A stretch of DNA of 64,000 bases, taken from assembly GCF_947568905.1 (NCBI RefSeq), contig NC_079168.1, positions 30,814,001 to 30,878,000 of the forward strand. Reading direction: 5' to 3'. The DNA comes from Ostrea edulis (taxonomy: Eukaryota). The notes beneath the pieces were generated by a model. That model searched no databases. It was given only the letters and a program-made list of their open reading frames with translations, and was not told the origin of the DNA. Made by a program: the position numbers and the translations under genes. Shown here in pieces: positions 35,020 through 45,127 of this stretch (positions are counted from its first letter, which is position 1; every line of letters starts with the position of its first letter).

Positions 35020-36105
35020 TCATGACAGAATGAGATCCGCTTGCGGAATCCATGAATCAAAACTGGGAGGATATCCTTTCCAACGCACTTTGACTTCTGA
35101 AATGACTTTTTTTCCCACACGCCGCTTTTTATACCCTAAGATTTCTTCCACTTCATAGACATCATCGTCTTTAATCACTTGTTGTAATTCCTTCTCGTAA
35201 AAGGTTCCTTCTAATTCTTCCCCGTGATCATCTTGAATGCGATAGACGTTTCGTCCTGGCACTTTTCTAGAGATGGTAAACAGTTCTTTGGTCCAATTCG
35301 GTAAATATCCTTTTTCAAACGTACGTTTGGCTTTACTAATGCGTACACGATCCCCCACTTGCAAGCGACTCGTGGTATCGGCACTCTGTTTTCCATACAA
35401 GGTTTTCCATACGGTCAAGACATTCTTGGCATTGACTTGAGCAGGAGCTCGCCGGATACTGCGATGATAGGTATGATTGTAACCATACACCAGATCGGCC
35501 AAGACATCGACATACCGTCGTGTTTTATGGCCTGTAAAATACCGCCACATGCGTGCTTTCAGCGTGCATTGAAAACGTTCCACAATACTGGCTTTGGTTT
35601 CGGCATTACGGGTCGTAAAGAAATGAATGGATTTGAAGGCTTGACGAAATTCTTTATTGGTAAATTCTTTTCCTTGATCGGACTGAATGCGCACGGGGCG
35701 ACGTCCCTCTCGAAAAATCCGTCGTAAGCCTCGTATCATTTCTTTCCCCGTTTTCTGTTTTAAAGGCACGACCCAGGCATATTTAGACAGCACGTCAATG
35801 GCACATAATAAAAACGTATACCCATTATTGTCTTGTTTCAAGCTGGAGACATCGGCTAAATCTAATTGCCATTGTTCATCCATATCCGTCACTCGTGTTT
35901 GTCGTCGCTTGAATTTCCTCCGTATCGGTTTATGCAAGGTATAGGTATCTTGAGCTTTCACCCATTCTCGAATTTGAGACAGGGTAATCTTGTGTCCTAA
36001 TTGACGCACTTGACGATACAACGCCTGGACTCCCCCATAACCTGTCTTGGGATCGTAATACAGTCGCTGTAAGATCTGTTCTGGTTTCATGGTAGATTTA
36101 ACCAT
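35020..36105 (-). CDS. Retroviral-like integrase with C-terminal chromodomain
   Basis: WQLDLAD, IQSDQGKEF, ASIVERF DDE triad; YEVEEIL..VRWKGY..FDSWIP chromodomain. Confidence 0.95.
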   Translation of the reverse strand: MVKSTMKPEQILQRLYYDPKTGYGGVQALYRQVRQLGHKITLSQIREWVKAQDTYTLHKPIRRKFKRRQTRVTDMDEQWQLDLADVSSLKQDNNGYTFLLCAIDVLSKYAWVVPLKQKTGKEMIRGLRRIFREGRRPVRIQSDQGKEFTNKEFRQAFKSIHFFTTRNAETKASIVERFQCTLKARMWRYFTGHKTRRYVDVLADLVYGYNHTYHRSIRRAPAQVNAKNVLTVWKTLYGKQSADTTSRLQVGDRVRISKAKRTFEKGYLPNWTKELFTISRKVPGRNVYRIQDDHGEELEGTFYEKELQQVIKDDDVYEVEEILGYKKRRVGKKVISEVKVRWKGYPPSFDSWIPQADLILS

Positions 36106-36851
36106 TTTCCGATGTCACGGGCCGTCTTTCTACCAGCATCTCTGATCGGTTTAGGGGTTAGACGTTGCGGTGTTTCATAGAACGATTGATCAAATCCCGT
36201 GAGCTCTTGAAATCCACTCTCCTCTTCCTCTAGAGGTCTAGGCGTACTGATTTTCCCTGGTTTGTCCATGGCTTTTATAACATCCCGATTGCTCACATAT
36301 CCTTTGGGAGCATGAGTCTCTTTTAACGCTTGAGCAAATTCCTCTAATCCCGCGGGGGGATCACGATGTCTTAAGGGTCTTTGTCGCTGGGTTTCGCTCA
36401 TTAAATCCACAATATTGGAATCGGGAACCCTGCGTCCTCTATAGCTGATTCCTCCTTCTTTATTCCAAGTCACCACTTTGGATTTCTTGAGATGATCGAG
36501 TAATAAACCTGCTTTCTTTTGACCCGGTTTATTGACGCTTTTGATAATCTGTTCCTCCAAGTCATCGGGTGCTGAGGCGGCTGAGGGTGGTGAGGCGGCA
36601 CTGGCTGCACTGGTTGGGGAGGGCAGAGTCGCTGTGGTGGGATGTCGAGCTTGTTGTAAATATTGACGATAGCGATGAAGTTGATGACCGTACAACCCCA
36701 CTTTTTCTTTCTCGGTTAAATCATCTCGATGTTCAATCTCATCCAAATCACTGCGTAAACCAATAGTCGAGGTAAATTCGGGAGGTTTAGGTAATTTGCC
36801 TTTTAATTCGTTGAGCATCGCTTCCGGTACCAACACCATTTTTCGACTCAT
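36087..36851 (-). CDS. Conserved Polinton protein of unknown function
   Basis: MSRKMVLVP...KAGLLLDHLK..VTWNKEG.ISYRG..VPDSNIVDLM...PAGLEEF..AL pattern seen in Maverick core-block genes. Confidence 0.75.
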   Translation of the reverse strand: MSRKMVLVPEAMLNELKGKLPKPPEFTSTIGLRSDLDEIEHRDDLTEKEKVGLYGHQLHRYRQYLQQARHPTTATLPSPTSAASAASPPSAASAPDDLEEQIIKSVNKPGQKKAGLLLDHLKKSKVVTWNKEGGISYRGRRVPDSNIVDLMSETQRQRPLRHRDPPAGLEEFAQALKETHAPKGYVSNRDVIKAMDKPGKISTPRPLEEEESGFQELTGFDQSFYETPQRLTPKPIRDAGRKTARDIGKWLNLP

Positions 36852-37177
36852 GATTTCTTACAAATCTTGCCACACACAAACGAACCCAATCCTTTTTGGT
36901 GGATGAGTATACCTCGTCGTTTTTTCACAGGTTGAGGCTGGACTAAGCGTCTTAAGATGTGTTTCTTTCGACCCAGTTGTCGCTTCTGAGTAGGGGTGAG
37001 AGGAATCACCCCTTTTAATAGATTGTACACAATCTCACAAATCTTTAAAATGCAGTCATTGGAACAATGTTTCAACACCTCTGTCTTTAATTTGCTGGAA
37101 TAGTGAGGAGCCGCTAACGTCTGCAAGAGCGGTAAATGAGGTCGTAATCGACATTCACACTTCTTCGTATGAGCCAT
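36848..37177 (-). CDS. Small basic Polinton virion protein
   Basis: ICEIVYNLLKGVIPLTPTQKRQL..KKHILRRL...KRRGIL.QKGLG; TATA at about 37210. Confidence 0.7.
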   Translation of the reverse strand: MAHTKKCECRLRPHLPLLQTLAAPHYSSKLKTEVLKHCSNDCILKICEIVYNLLKGVIPLTPTQKRQLGRKKHILRRLVQPQPVKKRRGILIHQKGLGSFVCGKICKKS

Positions 37178-37217
37178 GGTAATGAAGGGTGGGGCACCTT
37201 CCCCCTCCTTTTTATAC

Positions 37218-38090
37218 CTAGTCCCGGACAATGGCACTCGGATGTTTAGGATCAAAACGCTTGTGATGGACGGTCTCTTCGTGACGATTGCGGTTCTCTC
37301 TCGCATTGAAGACCAGAGGGCAAAATTTACATTTATATTTCTTTTGCACCTGAACCGGTGTTGAGGTGGTTAAGGGTTGAAATTTCATGCCTCCAAAGGT
37401 ATGAGCAAAACTCGGTAGAGCAGTATCACTGGTTCTGGAACTTCCTATAGGCCCATGCATGGGTCGTTCCATTTTCTTTTGAGCTAATCCGGCTTTCAGA
37501 TCGGCTAACGTTTTAGTGGCCTTGGGGGGAGTGGCCTTGGGAAACGGCATCTTCACAATGAGAGGGGTTTTCTTTGGAGCCCAATTGGGAAACGGATTCT
37601 TCATCCTGAGAGGTGTCTTCTTAGGTGTCTTCTTAGGGGACTTCTTAGGTGTCTTCTTAGGTAAGCGAATAATGAGTTTAGGAATTCTCTGAGGCGATTT
37701 TTTAGCTTTCTTAGCCCGTGGTTTCTTGGTTTTCTTGGGTTGTCTCCCACGGGGCTTACGGCCTGTTTCCCATTTGAATAAATGACGGATAATGGTCCCT
37801 CCTAAGAATCCGGCGCCTCCTCGTTTCAAAATGGCTTTTTTACGCTCTTCTTCATTGGCCTTCTTATCGGCAATGACACTCAAGTCTTGGCGATGGGATT
37901 GAATGAACCGCTGAGTGATTTTATTGCCTGGTAAGACGCCTCGCAATAAATTTCGAGCTCCCATCGCAAACCAGTTGAGTAAGGCTCTACGTCCTAATTC
38001 AATGAGATGGCTCCGTTGAACGGGATCCCGTTCCCGTTGTAAACGGCGTAACGTTTTGACTAATTTACTCTTCGCGGAAGGTCTACCCAT
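37218..38090 (-). CDS. Basic Polinton protein with KKTP/KKSP repeats and a C-terminal C2H2 finger
   Basis: N-terminal part paralogous to 36848-37177 (NLLRGVLP...KKAILKRGGAGFLG); CKFCPLVFNARENRNRHEETVH zinc finger. Confidence 0.7.
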   Translation of the reverse strand: MGRPSAKSKLVKTLRRLQRERDPVQRSHLIELGRRALLNWFAMGARNLLRGVLPGNKITQRFIQSHRQDLSVIADKKANEEERKKAILKRGGAGFLGGTIIRHLFKWETGRKPRGRQPKKTKKPRAKKAKKSPQRIPKLIIRLPKKTPKKSPKKTPKKTPLRMKNPFPNWAPKKTPLIVKMPFPKATPPKATKTLADLKAGLAQKKMERPMHGPIGSSRTSDTALPSFAHTFGGMKFQPLTTSTPVQVQKKYKCKFCPLVFNARENRNRHEETVHHKRFDPKHPSAIVRD

Positions 38091-38139
38091 GGTGAAGACT
38101 GTCTTTCAAATGATACACCTGCCCATGATGTGACATTAT

Positions 38140-38778
38140 TTATACTCTCGGGGGCATGTGCACAGCCAAGTTGGTAAAGAGTTGACTTCTTAATCTTAAA
38201 TCGTCCGACGTCTGAGGACTCAAGTCCACTAGTAAATACCCGTGAGGTACACGGGTGGCGTCCTCATAGGCTGGAAGTAAATGCGGCATTTGTAATTGCC
38301 GACTTAACACCCCAATCTGAGATTTATCTCGAGGATTTTTAAACAGCACAAGATAGTGAGCATTCAGACTGATGGTACGATGTTGTACTGCTCGATCAAA
38401 CAGATTTTGTGTGATATAAATGACACTGGTATTTCGATGATGCGCTTTGCGCGTAAACCAGTCGACAATCGATTCGATGGCTTTACCTCCCATCATATCA
38501 TCAAAAATGAGTAGATGACGCGTACTGAGATCCGCCACTATCTGCTCATCGTCTTGAGGTATATTGCGGATAAAAGTGACCTTGTCCTGTAAGGATTCGT
38601 ACGCGGGCTGCCATTCTCGATAACACCATACTATCTTTTCGGGAGGCGGTGCAATCCACTGCGTATTTTGCACCAGCTGTTTGACAAATTCTGTTTTACC
38701 CGATTTAGAGGGTCCGGCCACCACCATGGTAAATTCATGTTTCAACTGAAAAGGCTCAAGTGTCTCGTAGGTATACAT
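38140..38778 (-). CDS. A32/FtsK-like DNA packaging ATPase
   Basis: Walker A GPSKSGKT, Walker B LLIFDD, HHRNTSVIYITQNLF. Confidence 0.93.
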   Translation of the reverse strand: MYTYETLEPFQLKHEFTMVVAGPSKSGKTEFVKQLVQNTQWIAPPPEKIVWCYREWQPAYESLQDKVTFIRNIPQDDEQIVADLSTRHLLIFDDMMGGKAIESIVDWFTRKAHHRNTSVIYITQNLFDRAVQHRTISLNAHYLVLFKNPRDKSQIGVLSRQLQMPHLLPAYEDATRVPHGYLLVDLSPQTSDDLRLRSQLFTNLAVHMPPRV

Positions 38779-38819
38779 CTTGATAAATGACACAAGTTCA
38801 GGAAAATCATATCTATTTA

Positions 38820-39347
38820 TTAACAAATAAAAATACGTACAGCTTGCTCAACACCATGTCTACAAATAGGACATTGTGTCAGTCCCGTAGCACATATAGC
38901 ACAAGTACATAAATGACCACAAGGTAAAAAAGCTATTCTCAAGTCTCTTTCTAAACACAGATGACATTTCTCCGTCGTAGCCGGATTCTCCACACTGTCT
39001 ACAGGCAAGTCTCCCCATTCCTTCCCCGTGTCTCGCATTCGGCTAACGGCGTCGAACATTTGGCGTACCCATTGTTTGCCCTTATTACACTTCAGGTAAG
39101 GACAGTGAGGATACCAATAAGCATGTTGTATCCAAGGATTGTCGACAGCTCCCCAATGGTGAAGTCCAAAGTTGCAATAAAAACAGCACGTGTTATCCCC
39201 GTACCCTTTGTAAAAGTATCCCGCTTCTGCAATGGTAGGTAATAGCTTCTGCAAGTGTTCGGCACCATTTTCAAACGACGCTACTCGATCTGACAGTAGA
39301 GCATAACGTGGTGTACCCGGGTTATGTAGTGATTCGTAGTCCGTCAT
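38820..39347 (-). CDS. Inhibitor of apoptosis (single BIR plus RING)
   Basis: BIR: R..SF..AEAGYFY.G.GD..CFYC-x16-H-x6-C; IAP-type RING CHLC..AFLPCGHLCTC..C...CPICR..VRIF. Confidence 0.92.
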   Translation of the reverse strand: MTDYESLHNPGTPRYALLSDRVASFENGAEHLQKLLPTIAEAGYFYKGYGDNTCCFYCNFGLHHWGAVDNPWIQHAYWYPHCPYLKCNKGKQWVRQMFDAVSRMRDTGKEWGDLPVDSVENPATTEKCHLCLERDLRIAFLPCGHLCTCAICATGLTQCPICRHGVEQAVRIFIC

Positions 39348-39384
39348 TTTGCCGACTGATGGTTTTCTCTAGCATGTCCTTTTT

Positions 39385-42300
39385 TTAATACCCGTAAGGC
39401 AGCGTGTCATAGTCATGAATACGTTGACGTTTATCATACACCATGCGGTATTTCTTCACCAGAGGAATGGTTCGCACATCATGTTGGCGGGTTCGTTGAA
39501 TAAAGTGCGGATAGCGGACATGGACTTCTTCTTCTTCTCCTTTCAACATTTTTTCCAACGTATCGAGAGACACGACTCTAGAGGCACGATAATTGAGTGT
39601 CAATCCTTTGACTTTGCAGACAGATTTTCCATTCTGGGTCTCGTACGCATAATTTTTGGGCCCGCCCGACATGTACTTGGTGATACGATCTCCACCCAAT
39701 TCATCGGTCCAGCCGCCTAAACTGTTGATAATGGTCGGGTTGAACTGGGTCTCGTCGTGCTGATAGATGATACTATCCGTGTCAAAGTATAAGACACGCT
39801 CTCCCAAAGGCTGTAACGTCTCGTACAAATGTAAACGAGCATGAGCTGTTGTAAAACACGCCAGCACCACGTTTCCAAAGGGGCAGTCTTCTAAAAATTC
39901 TTCTTTCTCCTGATAATTGATCAGCATCATATCACATTCGGGGCGTTCACGATTTTCTAAGAGTTCGATGCCTTTGACTTCTAAAGTGGCATCTTGTAAT
40001 TTCTGTTGTAATTCTTCTTCTTCCGTGAGATACAGGGATTTGGGTAATTGTAATCGTTGAGCAAATTTTCCCCACAAGCAATTTAAAAAGAGTTTTGCAA
40101 TGGTTCTTCGGACCGGATTTTTCTGGATGTCGGCCGGGTTCATGGCAATGCCTTCTCGTTGCTGAATTTCCTCAATGTAATGTTGCTGCTGTTGGGCTGT
40201 TTGACAATCCTCGGGGAATCCGGAAGCTTCTTGTTTAATTTTCAAAAAGGTGTTGATATACGATCGAAATAAGTGCTCACTGGTTTTCTCAAAATGCCAA
40301 ACTTCGTAAATGCGGTCGAGACGATAACCCAGATCTAATGCTTTGTGAAGTTCGGTGGTCACCCAGGTTCCAGTGAGACTGCGTTCAGAATCGGTGTGCT
40401 GGCACCGCTCGTCGGGTCCTAAGTTGCGCTGTTCCGCACAGGTGCGGCATAAGGGAAAGAGTAATTTGCCCCCGGTCTTGTAAGGTAATACGGGGTGATA
40501 CAGCTCTCAGGGTGGTAAGACACGACAACGAATGAGCCCGAAATAGTCTCTGACATCGGTGAAATGGCTGGTGATGACTTGGGGATGTTGGACGGGAAAT
40601 GGCTTGTATTTCAACACGTACGGGTACAGGGAACAGACATCCACGTATCGCATATCCCCTTCCTCACAATACAGTCGTGTAGCATTGGTCCGGCCTCCGT
40701 ACAAAGCGTCACGGGGATTCAAAGGATCTTGTATATCGACTCCTTGTAAAAATTCCTGTAAGTCGGCATTGGTCTGGGTCTGACGATCAAACTCGTGTTC
40801 CCATATGCTCACGACTGTATAGCCTTGGTCTTCTAAAGCACTGGCTCGTTTTAAGGTGTCCAGGTAGAGGTCTTGATACGTATGCTGAACACGATGAGGA
40901 TGCATGTCAGTCAACAGATTCGGGTAACAGGTGGGACAGCCGTGCCAGTAACAGCCATAGAATTCGTACACGATACGGGATTCCTCATCATACCCATCTA
41001 CTGTATAGGGTCTAAGCGTGACTTCGCCCCCATTTCTAGCATGTCGTATGCAGTGATGTTGATGTTCTAGCCAGGCGAGCCATCGACAAGCTTTAGCTGA
41101 ATATCGTCGTGCTGGCCGGTAGCCCATATTAGGAATGATGGCGATGGTATTTTCATCCATGAATCCTCGTCGGTAGGCTAAATTAGCCGTGCTGGCAAAC
41201 GTGATGGATTCTTGAAAGGGGTCTACTTCCACCAGATCAAACAGGGTGGACTTGAAATGGGCACAACAGCGGCGTAAAATATCCACGTCCGAGATGCAGT
41301 AAGCTAAGAATTCTTTCTGGAAATCAAAGACTTTGCCCTCTTGTTGATGGTACCAAGTATAGAAGGCTTCACGATTGGCGGTGGACATATCGTCAGGATT
41401 GTAGAAATGAGCGGCCGGGTAAGGACCCACATACTGCTGGTTCTCTGTCGTGTTGAAAAAGTGAGGGAAATATCCTTTTTTCAATTCCGTTAATCCGAAA
41501 GCAGAGGGCATCTTGGCAAGAGCAAAGGGTAGAAAGTTGTAAGAATCGATGAATCTCAACCCCAAGACTTGCATGGATAAGATTTTACTGCCGTTCAGGA
41601 TGACGGTGGGTTTGATACACGCCGTGTGAACCAGGTAATTCAAAATAAACTGCCCATCGTATCCTTTGAAATTGTGGGCAATGATGGTGACTTCATCGTG
41701 TTTGAGTTCCACATGGCCTTGCTCATCGGTCTCGCTCTGTAAGAGCCATTCCATAAACTGTTTTAACGTGTCGGGTCCTTGAAATAGGAAGCGGCGTTGT
41801 GATCCGAATCCTTCACAATAAGAACAGGGCTTGTCGATATCCACACTGTCGCAATGTTGACACACACGTTCTGCCACGCATAAATTGGGGGTGTGAATAC
41901 CGTTTTCCTGACTGCATTCGAAATCGTAATAAATGTATATTTTCAACTCCTCTTCTTCTTCTTTTTCTTTCTTAGGTTTGGGTTTCGTCTGTACAAAGCA
42001 GTGATGAGGCATGGTGACGACTTTGTGACAGATGCGGCATTCGGTTTGACCCCCACACGCGTGGCGTTTTAATAATTTCTTGGACATCCATTTCTGACAC
42101 TGGTTACAGCGCCCCATTAAACTGCAGACCGTGGTCGTTGTATTACTGCTGTAGGGTTTTAAATGGTTCTGGTAACAAGCTGCATTTCTGAAAAATCCCT
42201 TACAATGAGGGCAATTCGTCTGAGTCCCGTCCGGGATACAGGGGGTATCGGCTAAACAAAATGAGCATCGATGAGGACAGACGGTCCGATGTTCTTCAAT

Positions 42301-43347
42301 GTGACTGTAGCCAACATCGCAATAATCGCAATAGTATTTGTTTTCCGTCACTCCAGGCATAGACACAATGGCATCGTAATGCTCGTTATCCAGCAGGATA
42401 TTCAAACAAGTCCCGTGCCCCGGTCCTTTGTAAATAGGTTCCAGTCGTAAACGAGCTGTATTCGTTTTGAATTGAAATATTTTCAATCGATACTGCGGGG
42501 CGAGCGCGTGCTGTAATTGCCCCCATTCACGTGGCCCACACGGCTGGTTCATAACACACCCAGCTTGTTCCATCAAGGCTATCGCTTCTCGTTTCTGGTC
42601 GAGAGTTTTGAAATCCCCTTTTCTCATGCGTAACCATTTCGTTTCCCATGCCGGGTCGTTTAATTTCTGGCTGTGTAGACGTGCTACCACAATAGCCCGG
42701 GACAAGCAGAGAGAATCCTCAGGATTTTGAATGCGAACGATCGCTCTCTTGGAGTTTTTGAATTTTTCCTTTTCCACATGCAGATGTTTTTTCTTAGTGC
42801 ACCCGCTGCCTTGTGGATATTTGACATGGAAAAAATCCAACTGCACTGCCCCGTCGGTGATTAGGAATTCCTTTTTAGATTGCTGCACGGATTCTATTTT
42901 GTTCAGAATTTTGTCCTCGTTGAGCTGATTGGACTGCGTAAATTCGTACCAAATATCTGAATCCAGAGACGGGTGCCGAATATTTAAACGTAGATAATCA
43001 TTGGGATTGCACTGCATTTCCTGTTTCACATTTTTTAACATATCCCGGAAGAGGCGACGAATGAAGGCTGTATTTTCTTTCTCTGGAATAGGCTTGAAGG
43101 CAACATTGTAGACATTTTCCTTGACTTTAAATTTCCGTGATTGACGTCCTCGTTCCAGTTGAATTTTGTAATAATCCGAAATGAGTTTCTTTTTTCCCCC
43201 TCCCCGCTGTAAATACTGTAGTCGCCGTTGATTCTCTCTGCGGAGTTGTAATTCACGCTGCCGTTGTCTGTTCAGCTGATCATTCAAAAATCTCAATCGC
43301 TGTTCAATATAACTCCGTGGAAGTCCACTAGGTAACTTGTCTGACAT
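39385..43347 (-). pseudogene. Protein-primed family B DNA polymerase (about 1320 codons) with one in-frame TGA
   Basis: Exo YDFEC, HNFKGYDG, FIDSYNF; Vsr-like insert VDGY..VYEFYGCYWHGC; Pol YVDVCSLYP, KLFLNCLWGKF, YFDTDS, GPKNY, KVKG. The two track ORFs are in frame across TGA at 40507-40509 (LPP*ELYHPVLP). Confidence 0.95.
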
Positions 43348-43399
43348 GATGTCGAAAGTGACACCCAATGCACCGCGCGCCGCTTTATATATATACCTG

Positions 43400-43837
43400 T
43401 AGACAGCGCTGGGAAAAACTTGGCACCGTGCCAGCTCTGGGGAAAAACTTGGCACCATGCCACCACTGGGAAAAACCCATCGGCACTGACCCAGCAGGCG
43501 GTGGAAAAACCCAGGCTGGACACCTGGCGATCACGTGATAGGAAAGTTCTAGAACCTTTGGCTTGAAAAACTGCACTCCGTTGACCTTCCTCGGTTGGCT
43601 TGATATACAATTGTACACTCCGTTAACCCCAACAGCAATAGCAACAGCTATGCTCTGCACTCTATCCCACTGACCTTTAAACCGGACCATGCTATAGGAC
43701 CCCTGCTGGGGCCCGCTTGACCAGTGCACTCCGTTGACCCCGACACCGCTTGACCAATCAGAAGCCGCCCTTGCTTGACCTCATTTGCATAAAAAGTGCA
43801 CTCAGTTGAACTCCCTATCGGGAGGGCTTATACTACT
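43400..43837. repeat. Polinton right terminal region (TIR)
   Basis: NFI/kB motif block 43405-43520, repeated TGACC motifs, CCAAT, octamer ATTTGCAT at 43783-43790, terminus ...CTTATACTACT. Confidence 0.85.
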
Positions 43838-44477
43838 TTCAATTATTGCTCTCATAAATTGATGCACGCGCATTAACTCAATAGAACAGAACGATAACAC
43901 GTATTGGCAGTCTTTGTCATGGCTTTACTTAATAAAAACGTATTTTCAATTCAACGACAATGTTCATATTAATACAAAACATCAGTATGTATAAATCCAT
44001 GATCTACAACGACTTTTGGATAGTTATGTTGTAGCATCAATAGTCCATCCATGTTTCGGTCAATCAATCAATAATTCACTCAATATTTTCAATCAATCAA
44101 TATTTCAATCCACCAATGTGTCAATCAATCAATCAATATTTCAATTCACCAATGTGTCAATCAATCAATATTTTCAATCAATCAATCAATATTTCATTCC
44201 ACCAATGTGTCAATCAATCAATATATCAATCAATCATTTCAATCAATCAATCATTTCAATTTGTCAATCAATCAATATCAATCATGCAATGTCAATAAGC
44301 CTAATTATTAGCCACGGACCTGGGATGAAACAAAATCTGTGGCAGGCTTAGCAAAATTCGGCCAAATGTCTTCATGTATGTATGAGAAATATTTACGTAC
44401 ATGAAGACATCCGCCACGAGCGGGTAAAATTTTGCTCGAGCCATGACAGGGAGACTGCTTATCAAATAGCCGTGTGG

Positions 44478-45120
44478 TTAAGGAAATATTCGAGCGTTTC
44501 TTTGGATGATGCTAAGCAATGCATCCCGGATGGTGTTTAAAAACGTAACCTGAGCAATATCCGACAAATGCGTACCGTCTCTATAAAACGTGGAAGAACA
44601 TTGTTGAAGTCCTGGGTATTTTATGTATGCGCCATTGCGTGCTATTACAAATGGCGCTAAAGATTTGTTGATACGCTTACATGCTTTATCGGCTGCAATA
44701 TTTGAGAACATGTCTATAGTAACGCCTGGGGAGAATTTGGGACCATATGAATCGAGTTTGTGGAAGAAAAGTTTGTAAATTTGCAAAAGTTAATTTCATG
44801 AACTTTTGCAATCTAGCCAAGGGCATTGTACCAATACTGTTACCCCCGCCATGAATTAATATAACGTGAGGTTTGCCCCTTTTTTGAACAATACTTTTAA
44901 CTATTGGCTCCACCTCCTCCCACACCATACCGCTCTTACCGGACCAAAAAATTGAGATATTGTGCTGTAGTAGATCCATATGCTGGTTTCCGAAATGCTT
45001 TTCTGCGTGGCGGGCAGCATGATTAATAATGAAAGAGCCAATGATCCAGACAGTAGTACGGGAACCTACAAACTTGGGTATTCAATTAGAACACGAAATG
45101 TTGCAGGTATACTAAAAAAT
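44478..45120 (-). pseudogene. SGNH hydrolase-like ORF of the YR element (frameshifted)
   Basis: VWIIGS, HGGGNSIG, WSQILPR, then a frameshift near 44716 into RINK...YRDGTHLS. Confidence 0.75.
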
Positions 45121-45127
45121 TTAAACT

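Larger units (their letters stand above)
25066..43837 (-). mobile_element. Polinton/Maverick (adintovirus-like) endogenous virus; right terminus intact, outer left terminus missing
   Basis: pPolB, integrase, A32-like ATPase, MCP, mCP and protease in a compact intronless array; right end reads AGTAGTATAAGCCC on the minus strand (ends 43837); the repeat block 25066-25271 resembles the inverted block 43405-43520. Confidence 0.95.

Noticed and set aside
30721-40509. Programmed UGA readthrough or selenocysteine in protease and pPolB
   Set aside because: Expected residues are Trp and Arg, each one transition away from TGA; TGA is a normal stop in neighbouring genes and mCP is independently frameshifted.
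25066-43837. Contaminating bacterial or phage contig
   Set aside because: Eukaryotic TATA and AATAAA signals, Polinton terminus joined to host repeats, and a chromodomain integrase.
44016-44351. ORFs rich in SINQ
   Set aside because: (ATCA)n microsatellite in the 3' region of the YR element.
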